Part shown: in pieces, positions 52,301 to 64,000 of the stretch | Layout of the letters: every line of letters starts with the position of its first letter | How positions within the stretch are numbered: position 1 is the first letter of the stretch | Source: Phoronis australis | Taxonomy: Eukaryota > Animalia > Phoronida | Direction: 5' to 3' | DNA length: 64,000 nucleotides | NCBI GenBank assembly: GCA_002633005.1 | Contig: NMRA01000631.1 | Coordinates: 105,598 to 169,597 of the forward strand | Translations under genes and position numbers: made by a program | Notes under the pieces: generated by a model | Told to the model about the DNA's origin: nothing | Seen by the model: the letters and a program-made list of their open reading frames with translations, nothing else | Databases searched by the model: none

Positions 52301-53893
52301 AGTCCTTTTTGGTTACCCGATTTAGCTTCCTGTAGTCGATGCAATACCGGACTGAACCGTCAATTTTCTTTCTGATTAAAACCGGAGCCGCAGCCCACTC
52401 ACTCATAGACGGAGTAATCACGCCAGCCTTGAGCATTTTGTCTAGATGACCTCCTCCGAAATGAAACAACTCGGAGTACGCCGCATAGCCTTTTTTATTG
52501 GCTGAGCATCTCCCGTATCAATTACATGCTCTACGGCTGTAAAATTGCCCAAATCCATATCATCGGCTGCAAATACATCGGTATAATCAGAAAGTAATCG
52601 ATGTAATTTTGACGACTCGTCATCCGAAAGTGAAACTTTAGATTTGTCAAAAAGGCCCTGAAGTTTGGATGGTAAGCTAATCTGATCCTTATTGACATCT
52701 GACTGATCAACAACTTTTCTAGCCGAAACATCATCTTCATCAAAGGGAGTAATGGAATTCAAATGAACCTCAGTCCATTCATCCACACTTTGTACTGAAC
52801 CCAGTGATGACCCAGCCACCAGCCTAACTTGATGCTCCGAAGTGTTGAAAATCGTCAAAGCTGGCTCATCCTCAAAATCATACAAAGCGCGAGGTACTGA
52901 TAATCGCGGATCCAGATTCATCAAATCGGCCTCAACCAACACTGTTGACTGAAATTTTGGGTTTTTTACACATTTAACCCGTTTCACAGTATTTGGAGGT
53001 ATACTAACAGACCTAGCCAGTACTACAGTACGTAATAGCTTCGCAGGGAAACCATACTTCATTTCTGAAGTTTTGTTATCCAACGTGATGCAATCTTTTT
53101 TCATATTAATAACTGCATTTAGCCGTTTCATAACATCCAGACCTAATAAACAATCATCGTTAATATTAGCCACAACTAATGAAACATCACAGGTCTGATG
53201 CTGAAACGTGAGAGTTACTGGTTGTGTTCGAAAACCTAGCATAGCCATATCTTCTCCAGCCGTATGTACATTAATGTTATGTGAATAAACAACGTTGTCT
53301 AACAAATTGTACAACCGGTGTGAGATTATGGTGCTGTCAGCTTCGCAATCAATAATGGCATCAACAACAGTGCCATTAATTCTAATCGGTATATAATACA
53401 TATTACCCGTTGCACTCTTCTTTACTCCAACAGTCTCGAGGGAATCGAAGAAACTATCAGCATCGACTGACATCTTAACGCTTCCACCTGTTGATTCCAC
53501 CGGAACAGAGCCGGATGGAGCCAGCCCTCCCGACACAGATGGAGAGTTACTTTGTGAATTCATGTGTAATGAATCTATCCCAGTCTCATAACTGTTCGTC
53601 ACCTCCTCAACAATAACCGGAACCGTTTCCCCACACATCTTGTCTGAAGATACACTCTCCGTTACGTTAGAATTTGTAGGACTACTTAACTCTGAAACAG
53701 ATTTATGACAATCGGCAGAAGTTTTTCTCTCAAAGGAACAATCCGTTTCAGATGAATTGGAATCCCGACTAAGCTTTTTAACAAATTTCTTGATGCACCC
53801 CACGAGGCCGACTAATTTCGCAACATCAGGAGGGTCTTGGCACTTACTACGGACTGGGGTCAGACCCGATCGCCCAGTCCTTAGGCGTTTAAA
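49381..53893 (-). pseudogene. gypsy pol (protease, RT, RNase H, integrase, C-terminal PHD finger), frameshifted
   Basis: PR AIIDCEADSTIIS..LLGLD; RT YCIDYRKLN, MPFGLCGAP, AFLDDILV; RH LDCDASDLAIGACLSQ, RTDH; IN H..H..CGAC, VDFLGP, SDQGRNF, NGQVERFN; PHD at 49381-49525. Confidence 0.93.
53851..53893 (-). other. Programmed -1 ribosomal frameshift signal (gag-pol)
   Basis: T TTA AAC heptamer (53893-53887) in the gag frame, 6-nt spacer, then stem GGACTGGG..CCCAGTCC. The -1 frame is open into the protease ORF (FKRLRTG..LVGCIKK). Confidence 0.85.
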
Positions 53894-55271
53894 TCATCCT
53901 CTTTGCTATCCACACTAGCCCTACGTGCCGACGTCGATGGACAATTACTCTGATAATGCCCCAGTTGATTACACTTAAAACACCTCGGTGTATATGGACA
54001 TTTAGGTGAAGAACCTGGTGAATTTCGCTGACGAATGTCAGACCTCGGAGAATTCGGCGATAACCGCTGTTCCCTCGACTCCTGCGGTTGTCTCGGCGAC
54101 TGAGTTTGTAGTATTGAAAATAGTTTACTCACCGAAATTGCTATTCATTTCAGTCTTCATGCGGTCTATTTTCTTATGAATTTGAGAATTGTCTGATTTC
54201 AGGGAAACAATATCCGATTGCATTTCAAGACTAGATGATTCAAGGAACGCGAATTTCCCCTCAAGGGCGTCCAACCGCGACTCAATAGTATCCCGTGGGG
54301 TAAATTTAAGACTAGGCTTACGATTAACCTGTCTCACGTCGACATTCTCGAATACATCGTCGGCATAAGATTCGCGACAAAATGTCACTGACCTGGGCGA
54401 TGCATGCATTAGGTTTTTAGTGGTCGAAAACCAACGAGCCGATGTCAACGCGTCAACAACAGTCGCTGGTTTATTATTAATTGTGAATTGGCCCACATCT
54501 TTATCGCGCATTCCCAGACAAAACCTCAGTACTGACTGTGATTTCTCCGAAGGTCTGGGGTCCGGAAAAGCCTTGAGGAACAAACTAGTAAGGCGATCTG
54601 CCCACTGTTCAAGAGACTCATCCCTCTCTTGAAATGCTGAATGGAAACGAAGCTGATGTACCTCAATACTCTGAACCTCGGATCCAAATCTATTAGACAT
54701 TATCTCGATGATGTCATCAAACTCTGCGCCCGGATATTCTTTTATATAATTGGAAAACCACCGAGCTGCATCCCCCTCAAGGCACAACCCCAACTCAGTG
54801 CGACACTTATGTGTCGGCCAAAAATAATCACGTGCCAAACTTTGGAGCTTCCATTGAAAATCCTCCCATGTTCCCCTTTTTCCCGAAAAAACTAGCTTAC
54901 TGGGAGCATGTGATCTGATATCATATTTACACTCCAAACTTGCATTTGTGCTTCCCGGGAATTTTGCGGCCATCTTTGCCGAAGAGGGAGTGTGACCTGC
55001 ACTCTTTGTTTTTGCAGGCATGTTTCTCGAATTCCTCACATACCCCGATAATTTTGTGAAATTCGTACTCTGGACTCGCGCTGAAATCAATAGTATTACA
55101 GACCGCCTTAGTGACTTTCCACCCTGAATTAATATAGTTAACATTTTCCGGTAATATTTGAGTGGATGACCGGAACTTCAAAATATCTTTAGCAATTTCC
55201 TCGGAAACCCCTGGAATTTCTAACAACTCTCCCATGGGACAGAAATTAATAGACACTTTCCCGGAAGCCAT
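53881..55271 (-). pseudogene. gypsy gag with N-terminal helix-hairpin-helix domain, capsid and CCHC knuckle (two frameshifts)
   Basis: MASGKVSINFCPMGELLEIPGVSEEIAKDILKFR; FSGKRGTWEDF..LEGDAARWF..QERDESLEQWADRL; CFKCNQLGHYQSNC. Confidence 0.85.
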
Positions 55272-55518
55272 AATTATCAACTAATATCAAACCTGCAAGT
55301 TTAATATTTCCTAGAACCAATATCAAAGAGGAACTGAGAACCGCGCACGGAATCAAATGGACATGCAGTATTTACTCACTACAAGATTACAACAAATAAC
55401 CAGTAATGACAGTAATATATAGGCTAGCTACACGAGAAAACGCACGTGTACAAATTACCCTCCCACTCCCGTAAGGGTACTGGCGCGAAAAACACACGGT
55501 TTATAAGTTGGCACTCTT

Positions 55519-55538
55519 GAATCCTGCCGACTACGCCA
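55519..55538 (-). other. Primer-binding site, tRNA-Ser (AGA-type)
   Basis: tggcgtagtcggcaggattc, a 20-nt complement of the tRNA-Ser 3' end GAATCCTGCCGACTACG-CCA, 2 nt after the LTR. Confidence 0.92.
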
Positions 55539-55540
55539 AT

Positions 55541-55757
55541 TATAGTAACGTGGCCTATAATTCATGAGATACAGCCAACTTACCTAACTTCTTGTCCGGA
55601 CTCGACATCTGTGTCCCACTTTTAAGAGCGCCTCTCCTTACACTATCAAGAGCGTCTATCTTTCACCACACTCTATCATAGACTCCCCGATTTTTCCCCT
55701 CGTGCCCAGAGTCACGTGACCTATCACTGGCTCACGATGTCAACACCACACACGACA
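55541..55757 (-). repeat. gypsy 5' LTR (217 bp; 59 bp shorter than the 3' LTR)
   Basis: Aligns to 46728-47003 apart from a deletion near the TG end. Confidence 0.92.
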
Positions 55758-56202
55758 GCTCTACTTGCCTCTACTTGTAGTAAGTACTTGTTGATTGATA
55801 ACTACCGTCGGAGGTCCTAAAAAGTCAAATTAAGTCGTGAACGATCTCATTTCCTTTTCTGCGCGGTCCGCGACATCTAGCGTTGAAGTTTCCAGCGTTC
55901 GTCTGCTTACGAACGTCAAACAAATACCCTTACTTGTTGATATTCACAATAGCATAATAAACAGTGAGTGTGGGCTTCATTTTTCAAGTGTATCTTTAAA
56001 AAAACAGCATATTTCAATAATCTACTTTTTTGTGCCTTTTCAGAATATATTTTCGAAAACATACATCGTTCAGACTTGCTCAAACACGCGCTCCAGGGGT
56101 AGCTTGAACATTGTATCAAAATGTCCCAGGGTCGATCATGTTTTGTAAGGACAAAGCAATAAAATACACTTAGATGATGCTGGGTTCTAAGCGTTTTACA
56201 TA

Positions 56203-59200
56203 TGTGATGTATGAATGATTTAGTTTACGTCTAGTCACGTGATGGTTTCACCATCAGTTTGTAGTTGTACGTGCACTGCTTGTATTACCACGATCACGAA
56301 TAGACGTATTTCAGTATCACTCGAATAATTGGTGTTCCTTCCACTCTGGCTACCCAACGATAAACGTAACATTGGCGACGAGAAATGGCTTCGAGGACGA
56401 TTCAGTTCGAGGAGTACAACAAACGGGAAGATATGGACAGCTATTTGGAACGTTTGGAACAATTTTTAGTTACGGCCGATTTATCGGACAAAGCAGTCAA
56501 GAAACGGGCGGTTTTGCTGAGCAGCATGGGGGCAGACTGCTACCAAGTTGTGAAAGACTTAGCATTTCCCGCCAGTCCTGCGACGAAATCATATGATGAC
56601 ATATGTACCTTGCTTAAAAATCATTTTAAGCCAACGAGACTGAAAACGGCGGAGAGATATAGGTTCCATTCCATAGTCCAAAAAGAGGGACAATCAGTCA
56701 TGGAATTTGTACGGGAGCTTCGAAAAATGGCTGGAACTTGCGAATTTACGGCAGACGCACTGAATGACAATCTAAGAGACAGGTTCATTTGTGGAATACG
56801 ATCTGACAACATCAAAAAGAGACTGCTTGCCAAAGAATTTACATTTGACGAGGCGATCAAAGAAGCGGTTGCGCAGGAAACAGCGGCAAAGGACATGAAG
56901 GACATTCATCCGGGAGGCAATAGCGCGGAGAATGCTGCAACGGGTGCAGTGAATCAAGTTCAAGGAAGGAAATCGTTGTATAACGCGAACCCGAGAGCGA
57001 GAAGTACCCCTCGCATGCCGAGAAACGAAACACAGTCACGCGGAACGCAGAGAAATGGTCAAGGAACTCAGCGGAAACAGTGTTGGCGCTGTGGGCTCAA
57101 CAACCACACACCGGACAACTGTAGACACAAAAACAGTAAGTGTTTTAAATGTAATAACATTGGCCATTTGAAATCGGAATGTCAGAAAGGGGCACAAAAT
57201 CGGGCACATTTCGTTGAAGATGATGACATGACCCTTGATTTATTATTTGCCACTGATGAAACGTCCTCACCCGTACCGCCATCAATCAAGGTTCCTATTA
57301 AGATTGAGGGAATTCTATTCAATATGGAATTTGACCCTGGCGCAGGATCATCGGTCATAAGTTTCGCTGACTGAGAAACAATTCAAATATATTCCCTTGA
57401 AACCTAGACAGCAGAATATGCACGCATATGCCGGAGCGCAATTAGATGTTGCGGGACAAATCACCGTAGATGTTGAATATGAAGGCCAAAATGTGGCATT
57501 GCCATTAACGATCGTACGAGCGGATCGCCACGCCCCTCATTTGTTGGGTCGAGTGTGGCTGAGTCATTTATTTGGTGCCGCGCAGAGATTGCAACGATGG
57601 GCAGTGACCTTGTCAGCTTTCAATTACGACATACGATACATCACGTCTAAACAAAATGCTATCGCTGACGCTTTATCACGGTTGCCACTGCCTACCACAA
57701 GGGGTGAAGAAGTCAACTGCATCGAAACCAAACAATTGGATGGACTTCCTGTCAGCAGCAAGGCCATTAGTCATGCTACGAGGAACGATCCTGTTCTGTC
57801 ACGAGTGATACATTTTGTACAGTACGGGTGGCCTAGCGAAATTGACGACGTGCGGTTTACACCATTTCTCAGAAGAAAACATGAGCTCACGACCGAGCAA
57901 GGGTGCATCATATGGGGAATGCGTGTGGTTATTCCCGAGAAATACCGCAAAGATATACTTGACGAATTACACAATGCACATGTAGGTATTGTGCGCATGA
58001 AAGAACTTGCTCGCAGTTACGTATGGTGGCTTCAAGTTGACCAGGATATTGAACAGTTGGTGCGAACGTGCGGTGCGTGCCAACATGTGCGAAATTTACC
58101 GCCAGCGACACCACTAATGCCCTGGGTATGGCCAAGTAAGCCTTGGCACCGGGTTCACGCGGACTTCGCGGAAAAGGACGGTCAACACTTTCTGATAGTG
58201 ATTGACGCGCACTCAAAGTGGCCGGAAATATTCCATATGACCAGCACGACGTCAAATGCGACCATTGCGGTTTTGCGAGAGTTATTTGGTAGATATGGAG
58301 TACCAGTGCAATTTGTTAGTGATAACGGTCCGCAATTTATAAGCCAAGAGTTCAAAAATTTCTTGAAAATGAATGCGGTTAAGCAAGTGCTAGTTGCACC
58401 GTACCACGCAGCGAGTAACGGGGCAGCAGAACGAATGGTACAATCGTTCAAACGTGCGCTGAATACGAGCAAGTCAACCGGAAAGTCGCACAACGGATTG
58501 CGAGTTTTCTCTTGTCGTACCGGTCGACAGCACACGCCACTACCGGACAGTCTCCTGCATTTTTATTTCTGGGTCGCGAACTCAGAACGCGGTTATCTGC
58601 AATACACCCCAGCGTAGAGGAAAAAGTGCTGGACAAGCAGGAGAGTCAAAAGCGTTATTATGACACGAAATGCCACCAACGGGACTTTATGGTCGGTGAA
58701 GAAGTGTTTATCAAAGATTTCCAAGTAAAGGAAAAATGGTGGCCGGCTACAGTGATGGAGAAAACCGCACCGAAGTCCTATGTTGTTGCATTAGAAAACG
58801 GTCAAGTGTGGAAACTACATGTAGACCAGATGCGCACACGACATCTGTCATCGGACATGTCCAAATCTTGCGATCAACACGATGACACACTTGGAGTACC
58901 ACCGATACTTTACCCAGTTGTCAATAGAGACAGCACCGGAAACTGCTGTTAGTAAACCGGAGTTAGCCGAAGCAGAATCGCCTGCATCGCGTTCGGACAT
59001 CTCAGACTCGGTGGAAGCTAAAACGCCAGACGTACAATTACCTGAGACTATGCAATTACCGAGACGTTCAAAGCGAACGGTGAAACAACCAGAGAGACTG
59101 GATTTGTAATAGCTGTGGCAAACATTTGTTTAAAAGACTCTCATGTAGTGTTGTATTTATGCTAGTTGCTAACGATATGTAGTTTCAGCTCAGGAGGAAA

Positions 59201-59407
59201 GAGTGTGATGTATGAATGATTTAGTTTACGCCATGTACTATTTTTAGAGATCACGTGTTATGTTATGTTGTCACGTGATGGTTTCACCATCAGTTTGTAG
59301 TTGTACGTGCACTGCTTGTATTACCACGATCACGAATAGACGTATTTCGGTATCACTCGAATAATTGGTGTTCCTTCCACTCTGGCTACCCAACGATAAA
59401 CGTAACA
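56203..59407 (+). mobile_element. Ty3/gypsy (Mag/K02A2.6-like) element lacking RT; non-autonomous
   Basis: LTRs 56203-56371 and 59204-59407 (TG..CA); PBS tggcgacgag (tRNA-Ser GCT type) 56373-56382; PPT aggaggaaagag; flanks ACATA / ATATA. Confidence 0.93.
56385..59109 (+). pseudogene. gag-protease-(RT/RH deleted)-integrase
   Basis: Gag SYLERLEQF..LRDRFICGI with two knuckles (CWRCG..H..C, CFKCNNIGHLKSEC); protease MEFDPGA..LLGRVWL joined directly to AQRLQRWA (RNase H end); IN ELHNAHVG..CGAC, PWHRVHADFA, SDNGPQF, SNGAAERMV. Confidence 0.9.
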
Positions 59408-62038
59408 ATATAAACATTCTCAATGAAAACGTCTGTGCACATCGGAGTTGGGTGCAAAACACACAACAATTTATTTCAATTGAAACTGAAATAATAAACA
59501 ATGCAATGCGTTTTTATGTCGTCTAGAAACTGAAATAATAAAAAATGCAATGCGTTTTTATGTCGTCTAGAGTAACTGTAAGCACTGTAGTTGATCTGTG
59601 TGGTCTTAAGTTACTTTGTGCATTACAGTTTAAACGAAACGGTCACAACTTTAGGGCCTCATCAGGCGATATCAGCGACCGTTTAAAAACTCTGCTTACG
59701 GAGACAAACATGGGTTGAAGACTGAAAAAACACGTATATTTGTGAAGGCTGATACATGTTCATGACATCACATGAGCAGCTGCTAACGAACATTGGGTAG
59801 TAGTACAATCAGCTGCTTTTTATGCTTATATTCATGACTTTAGGTCAACAGAGTCTATAACATATAAGTTTCACGACTAGGTGACAATCAGAACTACCCA
59901 GGCCTTGTGAAATTTCAGGGTCTAACGGAACTCAATACACAGTGGTACCTGGCTTTATTATGACAATAGCCTTCATACAGCTAGCTGGCTGGCTACGGGA
60001 GTAAAGGGACTTGCACCTCTGTTATGTCGACCTCCAACATTTCTTGAGGAAACCCAGGCCCAGGGTCAGATAGGAGACTTGTAAATGCCAGGACTAATTA
60101 TCTAATACCACTGGCACTGTCACGTCTACTATTTTCTGAACTGAGGCCACCCACGGTTTTGTAAGTTCTCCCAAAATGAGTTGGGGACCTGTTCAGTCTA
60201 TCATGTGTCAGCCACTCAAGCTAAGCCTGCAAGCAAGTCGTACTTTTCGGTGAATTATGCATCACTCTGAGTAGAAGGACACCCAGGAGGCCATCAGTGT
60301 CTTTATTTCCTTCCAACTCCAACAAATACTCCCATAATCAAACTTATTTTAGAGCAGTCCTTCATTCAGTTGCCCAAATGATCAACTGGCCATTTTTAAC
60401 ACTGTGCGTGCTGCTGGTAGGCGCGGTAAAAATAAGAGCACGCATAGTGTAGAAATAGCCAGTTGTCGAGATGGGCAACTGAATGAAGGACTGCTTTAAG
60501 AAAAAGTATGATTGGAGTGTTGACAGACTCCTAAGTTGTCCCTCTATGCGCAAAAGGTACTTATAGCAATGTCACTTTGAAGTTTTAATCAATGTGAGGC
60601 ATAATTCGCCGAAAAGCTTCCGGCTTCACCGTCTGTACTGGGGCCAGCTAGAGACGGTGTTCGCTGTCTTTGGGAGTATTTGCTCGAGTTGGAAGAAATG
60701 AAAGACATCAACAGCCTCCTAAGATGTCCCTCTACGTGCAAAAATTACTTATGGAATCATGACTGATGGTTTAGTCACTGTGAAGCATAATGTGCGGAAA
60801 ACCTTCTGAGGCATGAAAGGCCTATGAGATGGCCACGGTCTCTACTGCCTGTTGAGATGGTGGTGCTGCCTAGAATATCACAGGATTACCGGAAGTCTGA
60901 ATTACACATCAAAAACGGGAAGGACTCATTCATGAGGCATGCATAAGCAACATGAATGGATGATTCACTTCATCCTTACTAGTAGTTACTAGTAGGTACT
61001 TTTAAGTTGGTACTAGTAGGAGGTGAGCTCTGAGGGAGAAATTGGTCATCACCAAGCAGGTAGCATACTCCTAGTCGTACTTTTTCCAGTTGAGCGGAAA
61101 AAATGCTGCCCTGTAGTTTTTGGATGCATAGAACCATATCAGAGATCTCGTGCTTTATCTCGGGTGTTTTGCGCAATGGGCCCAACCATGAGACCTGCGC
61201 ACGTCTGATTCACCGTAAATGACGTCAGGTCTCCTGCACTGTTTTTTGGATGCTCTGCTGGATGTTTCCACAGGCACTGGTTTTTCCATTAAGATGTGCC
61301 GTTTATTCATTTTTGACTGCTGCCGACTACGAGTCATTTGTGGTGTTCATGACTTTTGCCCCTTCCCCCTTGTTTTGGTGAGCTCATTTTTTGAGTTTGG
61401 AGACCTAGGAATTTTTCCAGGTCGGATTTAGCAAGTTGACATACGAAGCGTCGATCCCTGTAAAGCACCCGCCTTCAGACAATTTCTCTTTGGCTGACTA
61501 GTGATGACACCTGGCTTTAAAGCAGGAGGTACAGGGTTCAAAAACTTGGAACAAGGTCATTTTTCATTTTATGGGTGTCCATAGGGGCAATATATCGCCT
61601 GTGGACGCTGTGGCCCAAACATGCAGGTGATGACCATGTAATGGATTGATTAAATAAAGTTTACAAAAATGTGTATGGACACAGTTACCTGCCTCGGAAT
61701 TTTGACGAAATTTCTAAGAGGTTTTGCCCATGTCGTAAACCTGAGATGAGTTTAGGATTCCCTTTATGCCAATCTTACCCTGAAAGTTTCATAACAACCA
61801 ACCAACAGTACTTTGACTGATCCACTCCATACATTCTCAATATTTGTTTGGCACTGGGAAGTGCACTTCTTAAAAAAAAAGTTGTGAATGTGTTAAGAAA
61901 GGGAATAGCATATTCAATGATGTGAGTGAATCCTCGAACAGTTCATAGTAGCATACTGTTGTTAATTATATAGATTGTTGTTTTTTCGTATTAACTGTCA
62001 TAACAGCCATGTTTTCCAGGTAGTGACAGATCTGTTCA

Positions 62039-63649
62039 ATGGCAGAGTTTCACACCCCTCCTCAAGGAGTGTCGACAGTACGTGATTCACAAACAGGAAC
62101 AAGGAAGCACACACCATATACAAAGACACCCAGGACTCGAAGAATCACTGGTGGGTGAAAGACATTAGCAATACGTTGACAGTTAGCATCAATTGGCTTT
62201 GATATGATTCTTATGCATGTTGAGAATGATGAATTATCAGGAATGTGCACTGTAATGAAAAGTGCAAGTTTTTTAAATTAAGATATAGACCTTAGTCCTT
62301 ATAGCATGTTTACAGTAAGACTTGGAACATAGTCCATATTGCATGTCGTTCTATTCACCAATGAGTTGGTCATTTTTATGTCATCCAAGGACCAGACTTG
62401 GAGAAGTGGCATTCCAGTTTTGTGTCACTCGTCGTGCAGATATTATATAACATGTTTCCTCAGGAGGACGAGCCAGGCTTTCAAGAACAAGAACACCCGA
62501 GGATGACCTCAATCTCGAAGGTATGTTCAACTTCAGTCATTGCAAGTGGTCTGATACACGATGCATTAGACGTGCACAAGCTTTGCACCTCGCACCTGAC
62601 ACCTGAAACCAATTTTCATTAATTAATGTACCGTACACATATGCACACACTAAGACTGAGCTGAGGAGCCAGAGACTTGACTCAAGGGTCTAGCTGGGGG
62701 TTCCAGTGGGATTTGTACCCATGTCCTTGAGAAAAGGAGGCAGACACTCAATCCACTAGACCACACTGTTTCCTTAATGTGTTTTCAAATGCTTATCCGC
62801 GGCACTGTAGACTGCTAAGTATAGACAAGCAAAACAAGTGAAGACATTATTTTAAGTATACTCTCATTTTGCCACTTGCTAATGTGTCACTGCCGTCTCA
62901 CGTGTTTGGTAAAAGTAAGATTCAACTAAAAACACATGCTTTCTATGTCACAGAATGAATATCAGGGTTGTTGGTGTGTAGTCTATTCCTACAGTTTTGT
63001 GTAACTTGCTTCAGGCTTTTGAGGGTGGATAAAGTTTACCAAGCATTATTCTGTTTTAGAGAGCTGGATGGGAAAGTAACTGTTAATATTCTGTCAATAG
63101 GCAAAAAGTGGTCTTAGTGACCTTTTAAGGAGATGTTATGCAGAGACTTGGGCTTCAAAATTTCACATCTCGCTGCTTTTGGTGGAGTATCAACATGACA
63201 GTTTGAAATACCATTAACATTATTTTTGTGTATATTTCTGTACTAGTGTCAATAGTGTACAATAAAATCTAACCAGTGTAGGACACGTGATGTATTTCAT
63301 AAACATTATGTTGCACCGTATTAAATTCTTTGCCATGTTCAAGTTCTGTATCATACCTTATGTATGACAATGTTTTGAAAAAGCAGGAATTCACAACTGT
63401 GTAAAAACACCTTGAAAATGAAAAGGGAAATTTTAAAAATTATTTTTGACTAAATTTGCCAAGATACGACCATAATGCTGATTCTGGTCTTGCATTAGAA
63501 TATAATGAGCTGATTAACTTGCTGCTAAATTTTCAGAGATTGCTAACAAAACATGGAGAGCCTACAAGGTGACCCCGCTTTTCCAGTTCAACCATGGCGC
63601 TCAGGATTTGAAAGTTTACTCAAAATTACTAGGTGCTTATCTTGAAGCA
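62039..63649 (+). CDS. CENPL: Centromere protein L-like, first three coding exons (continues beyond the window)
   Basis: In-phase GT-AG exons 62039-62150, 62464-62520, 63537-63649. Product ends IANKTWRAYKVTPLFQFNHGAQDLKVYSKLLGAYLEA, resembling the conserved start of the CENP-L domain (vertebrate LLHKQWTLYSLTPLYKFSYSNLKEYSRLLNAFI, recalled from memory). Confidence 0.75.
62698..62766 (-). repeat. Degenerate tRNA-derived sequence (SINE head or tRNA pseudogene)
   Basis: Minus strand has A-box tggtctagtgg and B-box-like ggtacaaatcc at tRNA-like spacing; no clean cloverleaf. Confidence 0.45.
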
Positions 63650-63673
63650 GTAAGTGGACGGATTTGTGTTTTA

Positions 63674-64000
63674 TTATGCGCCCACATATTTATATGTGGA
63701 CGCATTATGCCGTCATCTCTGTCCGTCCGGGCGGCGGTCCGGCGTCCGCTGCAAAACCCTTTGACATACGTTCATGAAATTTGGCACATATGTTCCATTC
63801 ATGAATGGGACGGCATGTGCGAACTTTCGGATGGATCCGACTACCGGTGTGCCCCCTAGTGGCAATTTTAGTTTTTTACGCTTACCTTTGTATCTTCAAA
63901 AGTCCTGAACGGATTTTCATGAAATTTGGTATGTAGGCACCTAGTAGTGAGATGACGCTATCCTGCCGTTTTCGGATGGATTCGACATAGTTTGCGCCAC
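63674..64000 (+). mobile_element. Helentron-type element copy 3 (5' part, runs off the window), CENPL intron
   Basis: Highly similar to 61-410 (same palindrome, GTCC repeat and first units). Confidence 0.8.

Larger units (their letters stand above)
46728..55757 (-). mobile_element. Full-length Ty3/gypsy LTR retrotransposon with HhH-Gag, PHD-integrase and an extra C2H2/TatD ORF
   Basis: Direct LTRs 55541-55757 (5') and 46728-47003 (3'); PBS 55519-55538; PPT 47004-47015; domain order PR-RT-RH-IN on the minus strand. Confidence 0.95.

Noticed and set aside
55519-55538. tRNA-Ser gene
   Set aside because: Only the 3' 20 nt including CCA are present next to an LTR, so it is a primer-binding site.

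Overview
AT-rich metazoan invertebrate genomic DNA (probably mollusc or other lophotrochozoan; this is inference) from a draft assembly with single-N contig joins. Host genes: the last six coding exons of ZFYVE1/DFCP1 (+, 2612-6642), a complete 9-exon BCKDHA (+, 13331-26469, 445 aa), the last three exons of APMAP (-, 30368-32935; 5' exons not found) and the first three coding exons of a CENP-L-like gene (+, 62039-63649). Between APMAP and CENPL lie three LTR retrotransposons. (1) A Ty1/copia mosaic (33429-39827) primed by a half tRNA-iMet. (2) A small RT-deleted Ty3/gypsy (56203-59407). (3) The most unusual item, a 9-kb minus-strand Ty3/gypsy (46728-55757) with the layout LTR - PBS(tRNA-Ser) - gag[ComEA-like HhH + capsid + CCHC] - (-1 frameshift) - pol[PR-RT-RH-IN + PHD finger] - extra ORF[C2H2 finger + TatD nuclease] - PPT - LTR. 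Three Helentron-type non-autonomous repeats carry ~145-bp units in a 3-unit higher-order array, and most units contain a CTCF-consensus-like motif. All protein identifications rest on motif recognition by eye; no database search was run.
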